From: a virus
Taxonomy: Duplodnaviria; Caudoviricetes
Direction: 5' to 3' (one strand)
DNA length: 44,498 bases
Virus record (IMG/VR): IMGVR_UViG_3300042305_000436
Location: 1 to 44,498 of that record
In this document: positions 1 to 8,800 of the stretch, in pieces
Position numbering within the stretch: position 1 is the first letter of the stretch
Layout of the letters: each line of letters opens with the position of its first letter
The notes under the pieces: model-generated
Database searches by the model: none
Seen by the model: the letters and a program-made list of their open reading frames with translations, nothing else
What the model was told of the DNA's origin: nothing
Program-made: the position numbers and the translations under genes

Positions 1-437
1 CGCGCAAGCGCAAGGCGCTCGCGCTGCTCGAGACCGAGCCCTACGACGACTGGCTCTACCGCTACGAATACCCGAGCGACTGCATCCGCGCGCGCGAGAT
101 CGTCAACCCTGCCGGGCCGACCGCGGACGTCGTGCCGTTCTCGGTCGTCTCGACCGACGACGGGCAGACGACGTCGATCCTGACCGACATGGACGAGGCT
201 GTCCTGGCCTACACGTTCGACGTCACCGACCCCGCGCGCTTCTCGACGCTGTTCGTCGACGCGCTGGCTTGGCGGCTGGCATCGCGCATCGCGTTCTCGC
301 TGACTGGCAAGGCCGACCTCGCCAAATTCGCCATGCAGTCCTTCCAGGCGCATGTCGCCCAGGCCGCAGGCGCGAACGGCAACGAGGGCTTCGAGCGCGG
401 GCCGCGCGAGGCCGCCTGGGTGCGGGGGCGGGAGTGA
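1..437 (+). CDS. Tail tubular protein A (T7 gp11-like), C-terminal part; N-terminus is at 44400-44498
   Basis: Frame open from base 3 (RKRKALALLETEPYDDWLYRYEYPSDCIRAR...FVDALAWRLASRIAFSLTGK). The W.Y.Y..P.DC and F..ALA..LA motifs are typical of this family; lies directly upstream of tail tube B. Confidence 0.8.
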   Translation, partial: RKRKALALLETEPYDDWLYRYEYPSDCIRAREIVNPAGPTADVVPFSVVSTDDGQTTSILTDMDEAVLAYTFDVTDPARFSTLFVDALAWRLASRIAFSLTGKADLAKFAMQSFQAHVAQAAGANGNEGFERGPREAAWVRGRE

Positions 438-547
438 TCATCTGGCGGCATCTGCTGCCGTGGCAGCGCGCCAGCAAGGCCGAGGAAGCATCCTACTGGA
501 GCAGCTGGCTGCTCTGGTGGGACCATAGCCGGGAGCCCATGCAGTGA
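434..547 (+). CDS. Small Trp-rich hypothetical protein (37 aa)
   Basis: GTG start overlaps the upstream stop (GTGA) and its stop overlaps the next GTG start (GTGA), exactly filling the gap. Confidence 0.45.
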   Translation: MIIWRHLLPWQRASKAEEASYWSSWLLWWDHSREPMQ

Positions 548-2829
548 CCCGACTGATCCAGCCATCCTTCGCCGCCGGCGAGATCGGCCCGGCGCTCTAT
601 GGCCGCGTCGACGTCTCCAAGTACGCCGTCGCGCTGCGCACCGCGAAAAACGTCTTCGTCCGCCCGCATGGCGGCGTCGCGAACCGCGCGGGCTTGCGCT
701 ACGTGGGGCCGGCGCGCGCGCACAACGCGCAGCCGCGTCTGATCCCGTTCCGGTTCTCGACGACCCAGACCTACGTCCTCGAGTTCAGCGACCTGCGCAT
801 GCGCGTCATCAAGGACGGCGGCCATGTCCTCGAGACCTCGAAAGCCATCACCGGGGCGACGCAGGCCAGCCCGGTCGTGATCACCTCGACGGCGCACGGG
901 TTCTCGAACGGCGACGAGGTCTACATCGCCGGCGTGGTCGGCATGACCCGCCTCAACGCGCGCCGGTTCAAGGTCGCCAACGTGACCGCCAACACCTTCG
1001 AGCTCACGCACCAGGTGACCGGCGCGAGCATCGACGGCACCGGCTTCGCCGCCTACGTCTCGGGTGGCACGGTGGCGCGCGTCTACACGCTGACGACGCC
1101 CTACGCGCAGGCCGATTTGGCGACGCTCAAGTTCGTGCAGAGCGCGGACGTCATGACGCTGGTGCATCCGTCCTATGACCCGCGCGAGCTCTCGCGCACG
1201 GGGCATGCGTCGTGGAGCCTCTCGACGATCACCTTCGCGCCGTCGATCGCCACGCCGACCGGGTGGAGCGGCTCGGGCACGGCCGGGTCCGAGACCTACA
1301 AGTACCGGATCACGGCGGTGAAGTCGGAGACGTTCGAGGAAAGCCTCGCGCAGGACGTCACGGTGGCGAGCGTGGCGGCGCTGTCCAGCAGCAACAAGAT
1401 CACGCTGACAACCGGCGCGCCGACGACGGGCGCGGTCAAGTATTCGGTCTACCGCCAGAAGAACTCCGGGCTCTACGGGTTCATCGGCTCGACCGAGGGC
1501 ACGACGTTCGTCGACGACAACGTCGCGCCAGACACCGACCAGACGCCGCCGGCGTCGCGCAACCCGTTCTCGGCGACGGGCGACAAGCCTGGCGCCGTGA
1601 CCTACTACGAGCAGCGGCGCGTGTTCGGCGGGTCGACCAACAAGCCGGACACCAGCTACTACAGCCAGACCGGCAACACCGCGAACATGAGCGTGTCAGA
1701 TCCCTCGCGCGACGACGACGCGATCACGGCGACGCTGACCGCTCGCGAGGTGAACCAGATCCGGCATTTCGTGCCGCTCAACGACCTCATCGTGATGACG
1801 TCGGGCTCGGAGTGGCGGGTGTCGGCCGGTAGCGACAGCGGCTTCTCTGCTGCGACGCTGCGCCAGCGGCCGCAGTCCTACTGGGGCTCGAGCCACATGC
1901 CGCCGATCGTGGTCGGCAACACGGTGCTGTTCGTCCAGGACCGCGGGAACATCGTGCGCTCGCTGGCCTACGCCTTCGAGAGCGATGCTTACGACGGCGC
2001 GGACCTGACGATCCTCGCCCCGCACCTGTTCGAGAACAAGACGCTGGTCGAATGGGCCTACGCGCAGATCCCGCACTCGATCATCTGGTGCGTCCTGAGC
2101 GACGGGACGGCGCTGTCGCTGACCTGGAACAAGGAACAGCAGGTCGTCGCGTGGTGCCGCCACGAGACCGACGGCTTCTTCGAGAGCGTCGCGTCGATCC
2201 CGGAGACCGGCGACAACGAGGACGCGGTCTACTTCGTCGTGCGGCGCACGATCGACGGCCAGACCGTGCGCAACGTCGAGCGCCTCGACAAGCGCCTGGT
2301 GACTGCGGTCGAAGACAGCTTCTTCGTCGACTGCGGCGCGACCTATTCCGGCGCGGCGGCGACGACGATCACCGGGCTGGATCACCTCGAGGGGCGCGCG
2401 GTCTCGGTGCTGTCGGACGGCAACGTGGTGGCGGGCCTGACGGTCTCGGGCGGCGCGATCACGCTGCCGCGCGCGGCGACCAAGGTGCATGTCGGTCTGG
2501 CCTACGTGTCGGACGTCGAAACGCTCAACATCGAGCTGTCGACGCGCAGCATGCCGACGGCGCAGGGCATCCAGAAGAAGGTGACCACAGTCGTCGTGCG
2601 CTTCCTGCGCTCGCGCGGCCTGTTCATCGGGCCGGACTTCGACAACCTGTCGGAGATGAAGTGGCGCGAAAATGAGGACTATGGAGAGGCGACGCAGCTG
2701 CTCACGGGGGACAAGAAGCAGCACCTCTCGCCTCAATGGAACAGCAACGGGCGCGTGGCGATCCGGCAGAGCTACCCGCTGCCGATGGAGATTCAGGCGG
2801 TGATCCCCGATGTCGAGTTCGGCGGCTGA
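544..2829 (+). CDS. Tail tubular protein B (T7 gp12-like / stabilisation protein)
   Basis: 761 aa; N-terminal QPSFAAGEI.P motif, AW.RH.TDG.FESVA motif, C-terminal Q..PLP; synteny between tube A and the ejection proteins. Confidence 0.85.
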   Translation: MTRLIQPSFAAGEIGPALYGRVDVSKYAVALRTAKNVFVRPHGGVANRAGLRYVGPARAHNAQPRLIPFRFSTTQTYVLEFSDLRMRVIKDGGHVLETSKAITGATQASPVVITSTAHGFSNGDEVYIAGVVGMTRLNARRFKVANVTANTFELTHQVTGASIDGTGFAAYVSGGTVARVYTLTTPYAQADLATLKFVQSADVMTLVHPSYDPRELSRTGHASWSLSTITFAPSIATPTGWSGSGTAGSETYKYRITAVKSETFEESLAQDVTVASVAALSSSNKITLTTGAPTTGAVKYSVYRQKNSGLYGFIGSTEGTTFVDDNVAPDTDQTPPASRNPFSATGDKPGAVTYYEQRRVFGGSTNKPDTSYYSQTGNTANMSVSDPSRDDDAITATLTAREVNQIRHFVPLNDLIVMTSGSEWRVSAGSDSGFSAATLRQRPQSYWGSSHMPPIVVGNTVLFVQDRGNIVRSLAYAFESDAYDGADLTILAPHLFENKTLVEWAYAQIPHSIIWCVLSDGTALSLTWNKEQQVVAWCRHETDGFFESVASIPETGDNEDAVYFVVRRTIDGQTVRNVERLDKRLVTAVEDSFFVDCGATYSGAAATTITGLDHLEGRAVSVLSDGNVVAGLTVSGGAITLPRAATKVHVGLAYVSDVETLNIELSTRSMPTAQGIQKKVTTVVVRFLRSRGLFIGPDFDNLSEMKWRENEDYGEATQLLTGDKKQHLSPQWNSNGRVAIRQSYPLPMEIQAVIPDVEFGG

Positions 2830-3280
2830 GTTCGGCGCCCGGCGCGCGACGCCGGCGGACGCGGTCGACCTGGCGCCGCGGCTGCGCCGGTCGGACGTCG
2901 AGGAGATATGGGCAGCGAGCGCCAGCGGGCCGAATGACGCGCTGCTGCGGGCGGTCGAGGCTGGCGGCTGGGCCGGCACGGTCGACGGCCAGGTCGAGGC
3001 TATCTTCGGCGTGGCGCCGGTCACGCTGCTGGGCGGCGTCGGCTGCATCTACCTGCTTGGTTCCGACGCGATCGAGCGCCACGCGGTGCCGTTCCTGCGG
3101 CTGAGCCGGCGCTACGTCGAGGCGATGCGCGATGATTACGCTGTGTTAACCAACTGGGTCGACGCGCGCAACGAGACGTCGATCAGGTGGCTTAGGTGGC
3201 TCGGCTTTGCGATTATGTCACCGGCTCCTTTCGGGCCGTTCGGCCTGCCCTTCCACAGGTTCGAGATGCGTCATGTGTGA
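2810..3280 (+). CDS. GNAT-like internal virion protein (T7 gp13-like)
   Basis: LR..D..E motif and L.NWVDARN..SIRWL.WLGF motif; position after tube B. Confidence 0.75.
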   Translation: MSSSAAEFGARRATPADAVDLAPRLRRSDVEEIWAASASGPNDALLRAVEAGGWAGTVDGQVEAIFGVAPVTLLGGVGCIYLLGSDAIERHAVPFLRLSRRYVEAMRDDYAVLTNWVDARNETSIRWLRWLGFAIMSPAPFGPFGLPFHRFEMRHV

Positions 3281-3929
3281 GATCCTCACGGCATCGGCGG
3301 CGGCCGGCGCGGCAAGTGCAGCGGGCGCTGGCGCGGCTGGTGCCAGTGTCGGCGCCAGTCTTGCTGGCGCTGCGTCTTTGGGTGGCGCAGCTGCTGCGTC
3401 TACCCCCTGGCTGACCTACGGCTCGCTGGGCGCGTCGCTTCTCAGCACCGCGGTCGGCGTCTACGGGCAGGTCCAGGCCGGGCAGGCGCAGGCCGGGCAG
3501 GCGCGCTACCAGTCGCAGGTCGCCGCGAACAACCGGATCATCGCCGAGCAGCAGGCGAGGGACGCCGAGATGCGCGGCCAGATGGCCGAGGACGCCCGGC
3601 GCCAGCAGACGCGCGCGCTCATCGGCCGGCAGCGCACCGCGCTCGCGGCGAACGGCGTCATGGTCGACGACGGATCGGCGCTCGACATCACGGGCGACAC
3701 GGCCGCGCAGGGCGAGGTTGACGCGCTCACGCTGCGCGCCAACGCCGCGCGCGAGGCCTACGGCTACCGCGCGCAGGGCAACAACTTCCTCGCGGACGCG
3801 GGCCTCCAGCGCGCGCGGGCCGACGCCGCCATCCCGGCCTCGATGGTCGGGGCGGGCGCCACGCTCCTGAGCGGCGCCGGCACGGTCGGCGATCGCTGGC
3901 TCACCTACCGCCGGCACGGGATGCTCTGA
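3273..3929 (+). CDS. Internal virion/ejection protein B (T7 gp14-like)
   Basis: Start ATG 3273 (MCE...) overlaps the upstream stop; Ala/Gly/Gln-rich, with G.QR.A.AANGV....GSA.D motif. Confidence 0.75.
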   Translation: MCEILTASAAAGAASAAGAGAAGASVGASLAGAASLGGAAAASTPWLTYGSLGASLLSTAVGVYGQVQAGQAQAGQARYQSQVAANNRIIAEQQARDAEMRGQMAEDARRQQTRALIGRQRTALAANGVMVDDGSALDITGDTAAQGEVDALTLRANAAREAYGYRAQGNNFLADAGLQRARADAAIPASMVGAGATLLSGAGTVGDRWLTYRRHGML

Positions 3930-5845
3930 TGGCGCGCGTTCCCCAGATGGCCGACGCGGTCGCGCTGCGGCCGGTCGAGGCGCCCTACCAGCGGATCAAC
4001 ACGACGCCCGACGATTTCGGCATGGGCGCGGCGCGCGCGGCCGACATGGCGGCGCAGCGGATCGACAGGTTCGGCGACACGATGGCGCGCCGGGCCGTCG
4101 AGCTCCAGCTCGAGGACAACGAGAACGACGCCAGGCGCATGGACGTCGACCTGTCCAAGCGCCTGCGCACCTTGGGCTACGGCGACGGCAACGAGCAGAA
4201 CCCCGGCTATTTCGGGCTCAAGGGCCAGGCGGCGCTCGACGCCTTCCCCGACTACCGCAAGCAGGTCGAGACGGCCAAGGCCGAGGTGCTTGGCTCGGCG
4301 CGCAACCAGCGCTCGCGCGACCTGTTCGCGCTCAAGGCCGAGGAGCGGATCAGTTCCAAGATGGAGGGCATGACCCGCCATCTGATGGGCGAGCGGCGCA
4401 CGGTCGCGGACGACCTGTCGAAGGCGCGGATCAACGAGGCGCTCGACGACGCCTCTGCGAACTACAACAACAGCACCGTGATCCTGCAGTCGATGTCGGT
4501 CATGCGCGGCGAGATCGAAAGCATGGCGTCACGCAACGGCTGGTCGCCCGAGGTGGCGGCGTCCAAGCTGCAGGAGAGCCGCTCGGCGATCCACAAGGCG
4601 GTGATCAAGGCGGCGCTCGACCGCGCGCCGGGCTATGCGCAGTCCTACTACGCGCGCAACAGGGGCGACATCGACGGCCGCGATCGCCCCGAGCTTGAGC
4701 GCGCCCTCGAGACCGCGTCGATCCGCGGGGCCGCGCAGGCTGCCGAGGACCGCATCATGGCAATGGGCGTGTCCGAAGAGCAGGCGCTGGCCGAGGCGCG
4801 CAAGATCACGGACCCCAAGCTGCGCGACGAGGCTGTCCAGCGCGTGACGGTTCGATACGGAGAACGCGAACGTGTTGCCACGCGCGATGCCACTGGCGCG
4901 TCTCAGCGCGAGACCGACCGGATCGTCTCGATCGACGGGGTGACCGAGGCGCGGGCGCTGGCGGAGGCGGCCAAGATCCAAGACCCGAGGGTGCGCGACC
5001 TTGTCGAGCAGCGGCTGCGCGCGCGCTTCAACGATCGCGCTCGGATCGACCAGCGAGAGGAGCGGGACATCCGCGATCGGTCGTGGCAGGTCGTCGTGCG
5101 CGGCGGGCGCGTCGACGACATCCCGGCGGCCGACCTCGCGCGCATGGATGGCCCGACGATCTCGGCGATGCGCGCCTTCGAGGAGCGCCGGTCGAAGGAC
5201 GGGCGGGGCTACGCGAAGGCGGTGGACCCCGCGACCGACAACCGCCTGCACCGCCTCTACATGGACGACAAGGTGGCGTTCGCCGGCTACGACATGACCC
5301 AGCACTACGGCCAGCTGACCGAGGAGCGGGTCAGCTACTGGCAGGCGCTGCAGCGCACGGTGGACGCGCGCGGCGAGCGCGAGGCGCAGAAGCAGACGAG
5401 CTACGCGCTCGGCGACAGGCTCGCGCGCCAGTACCTCGACGCAGCAAAGATCCGCTATGGCGAGGGGACGCCAAAGACCCAGGCGGCCCAGTCGCAGCGC
5501 GTCTTCGAGCTCGTGCGCGGCGTGGCCGACGAGTTCACCGCGCAGGGCAAGCGGCCGACGGCGGCGGATTTCGACAAGGCGCTCAAGGAGCTGTTCCTCG
5601 ACGGCACGATCGTCGGGAGCGGCACGTTCTACGACACCAGGGCCAAGTTCCTCGAGGTCGCGCGGACGCCGCAGGCGGCGCAGTTCCAGCTGCGCGACGT
5701 CGAGGCGCAAAAGCAGCGGATCAGCGAAGTGACCGGCGTCCCTGCTGACGATGTGGTGCGGATCGCCAAGGCGCTTGGCGCGCAGAAGCAGCCGGTGACG
5801 GCGGCGAACATCCGGGCACTCTACGAAGCGGGAAGGCAGCGCTGA
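3929..5845 (+). CDS. Internal virion/ejection protein C (gp15-like)
   Basis: 638 aa, helical and charged, MARVP start, TGATG coupling on both sides; call is from synteny. Confidence 0.65.
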   Translation: MARVPQMADAVALRPVEAPYQRINTTPDDFGMGAARAADMAAQRIDRFGDTMARRAVELQLEDNENDARRMDVDLSKRLRTLGYGDGNEQNPGYFGLKGQAALDAFPDYRKQVETAKAEVLGSARNQRSRDLFALKAEERISSKMEGMTRHLMGERRTVADDLSKARINEALDDASANYNNSTVILQSMSVMRGEIESMASRNGWSPEVAASKLQESRSAIHKAVIKAALDRAPGYAQSYYARNRGDIDGRDRPELERALETASIRGAAQAAEDRIMAMGVSEEQALAEARKITDPKLRDEAVQRVTVRYGERERVATRDATGASQRETDRIVSIDGVTEARALAEAAKIQDPRVRDLVEQRLRARFNDRARIDQREERDIRDRSWQVVVRGGRVDDIPAADLARMDGPTISAMRAFEERRSKDGRGYAKAVDPATDNRLHRLYMDDKVAFAGYDMTQHYGQLTEERVSYWQALQRTVDARGEREAQKQTSYALGDRLARQYLDAAKIRYGEGTPKTQAAQSQRVFELVRGVADEFTAQGKRPTAADFDKALKELFLDGTIVGSGTFYDTRAKFLEVARTPQAAQFQLRDVEAQKQRISEVTGVPADDVVRIAKALGAQKQPVTAANIRALYEAGRQR

Positions 5846-8800
5846 TGGCCGACGACGTCGACTACGACAAGCTGGCCTCGAGCCTGTTCCCGCAGCCCCA
5901 GGGCAAGCCGGACGGCAGCGGGGCCGGCGGGGGGCCAGGCGCGACCGACTACGATCGGGTGCTGAACGACATGCTGACCGGCCAGGTCGGCGCGAACCTG
6001 CGCGCGGTGCAGGGGACCAACGCCGACCAGGCCGCGCGCGCGCAGGCGCTGTCGCGCGCGAGCGGGCTGCCCCTGCCGGCGGTCGAGGGCGAGGAGGACC
6101 GCGTCGAGGCGGACCTGCGCAGGCAGTCGGCCGAGGCCGCGCTGCGCGACGCGCCGCGCGTATCGACGTTCTTCTCCGAGCCCAACTTCGCAAAGGTCGC
6201 GCACGACGACGCCGAGAACCTGGGCTTCCTCGAGCGCACCTGGTCCAAGATCAGCCAGACCGTGACCGAGGAGGCCGAGGGCGCGGTGCGCGGTTTCCGC
6301 CGCGGCATGCTCACGACCGACCTGCGCGACGTCGGCCGCAAGCTGTTCTGGGGCAAGGGGACGCCCGAGGACGAGGCGCGGGTGCAGGAGCTTCAGAAGC
6401 TGCAGGAGCTCGACGAGACCGACGCCTTTCTGGGCGCGGCTGGCGAGCAGCTGCCGATCATGGGCTCGATCGCGGGCCAGGCGCTGAAGCGCGGCCTGCA
6501 GACCGGCATGGCGTTCGGCGGCGGCGTCGCGCTGCTGGGCCAGTTGGGGCCGCAGGCTGCGCTGCCCGAGGAGCTCGTCACGGTCCCGGCGGCGACCATG
6601 ACGGGGCTCGCGATCGGTGGCCGCGCCGGCGGCCTCGAGGCGGCGTGGGAGCTCGAAACCTACTTGGCGTTCCTCGAGTACCGCGACCTCAAGACGGCCG
6701 ACGGCCGCCCGATGGATGTCGACGTCGCGCGCGGTGCGGCGATGCTGGCCGGCACGGTCAACGCCGGCCTCGAGGCCTACGGTTTCTCGTCGCTGGTCAA
6801 GCGGCTGCCCGGCGTGGCCGAGCTCGCGAAGCTCGGCGGGCGCAAGCAGGTGGCGGCGGCGATCGGCGAGGCGGCGCGGAGCAACCCGACGCTGGCCGCG
6901 ACGCTGGCGACGTTCGGCAAGCGCTACGTCGAGGGCATCGCGATCGAGAGCCTGACCGAGATGGTGCAGGAGCTCTCGACGGCGAGCTTCGCCGAGGTTG
7001 CGAAAATGTGGGACGGCGGTGCCTTCAAGGCGGCCGGCCTCGACGAGATCACCGAGCGGGTGATCGACGCCGGCGTCCAGGCGGCGAAGGCGACCGCGGT
7101 GCTCGGCATGCCCGGCCCTGCCATGCAAGCCGTGGGCGAGCGCAGGCGGGCCGCCAAGGCCCAGAGGGACGCGGAAGCGATGCGGGAGGCGGGAGGCATC
7201 ATCGACACCTCTGTGCTCGCCCAGCGCGATCCTGAGCGCTTTGGCGAGGTGCAGGGCGCGATCCTGCGCGACCAGGGCGTTGACACGATCGCAATCCCGG
7301 CGGCGCGCCTGCAGGAGCTCTTCCAGTCCGAGCCCGGCGAGGGGGCGCCGATCGACCAGGCGACGCTGATGCGCAACCTGGGCGTGACCGACGAGCAGAT
7401 GGCCGAGGCGCTGGCGGTGGGCGGCGACGTCCACATGACGCCCGAGGCATTCGCCCAGCACGTGCTGGCCGACAAGGCGACGCGCGCGGCGCTGGTCGAG
7501 CACGTGCGCCTGGGCGTCGACGGCATGACCGAGGCCGAGGCGAAGGAGTGGGAGACGACCGGGCTGCGCGATGCCATCGACGACATGGCCTCGCTGCTGG
7601 ATTCGATGGACAGCGGCCGGCGGGTCGAGGCCGCGCGGATCGAGGCCGAGGTCGAGAGCATGATGGTCGCCGCCGGCGAGGCGCGCGACACGGCGCGCTA
7701 CGCGGCGGTCCTGACCGCCCAGCGCTACTCCGTGCGCGCCGAGCGCGCCGGGGTGTCGCCGCTCCAGCTCTGGCAGGAGGACAACCTGCGGGTCGAGCGG
7801 CTGCAGGACATGGGGCGCCGGGTCGACGAGGTCGACATCATCCTGGACAAGGCGCGCTCGCCCGACACGCTCAACCTCTCCAAGACGCCGATCCTGGACA
7901 TGCTGGCCCGCGCCGGCGTCGACCCCAACTCGCCGCTCGGCGGCGAGCTCAAGGCGATGGGCATCACGGCCAAGACCCGGCCCGGCCTGTTCAAGGTCGG
8001 CGGCCGGCAGGCCGCGGACAACCTGCCGCTCGCGGAGATGCCGTGGTTCACGGCGGACGACGAGGACGGCACGGGCAACTACGTGTCCGAGGCGGCCGTC
8101 CTGGCGGCGGTGCGCGACGAGCTCGCCGGCAACCCGCGCCGGACGGCGGACGAGCAGGCCCAGCTGGACGGGCGCGAGAACGACATCCGCAACCTCGAGG
8201 CCGACCTCGAGCGCTACAACGAGATGTCGGGCAACGCGCTGTCCGTCGCGACGAGCTCGGCGGCCGAGATCCGCGACGCGCTGCAGGAACTGGCCGACCT
8301 CGACGCGCGGGCCGCGCGCGAGGCGCTGGGCGCCGTGGGCCGGGTGCTGGAGCAGGGCGCCGCGATCGAGCGTCTGCAGATGGTGGCCGGCCGAGGCCAA
8401 CGCGCGATGGCTTCGCGGGCGTCTATCAGCGCGGAAGAGCGTGCGGCTATTGCTGCGTCGGCGCAAGCAACAGGCGTCCCCGCGAAGGAGATCCTGGCCG
8501 CAGTCCGCACGCATAAGCTGGCGCATCCAGTTGCGCAGGGCTGGGCTCGGCTCGTCTATTCGCGCACCGTCGTCAACGACGGCAAGGTGCAGCACGAGTA
8601 CCGGAATATCCCCTACGGCTTCAGCAGTGACGCCGAGGGATCTCAGCTTGAGCCCGGCAGCGCGCCTTACAACCGCCGCGTCGCGGCGATCGCATCGGCG
8701 ATGGCGCAGGAAGTGCGCGCTGTCTTCCGCCGCGCCGTTGCCGGGGACGCCAATGCGCGGAACATCCTGGCCCAGGCGGGCTGGTACAAGGCAATGCGCG

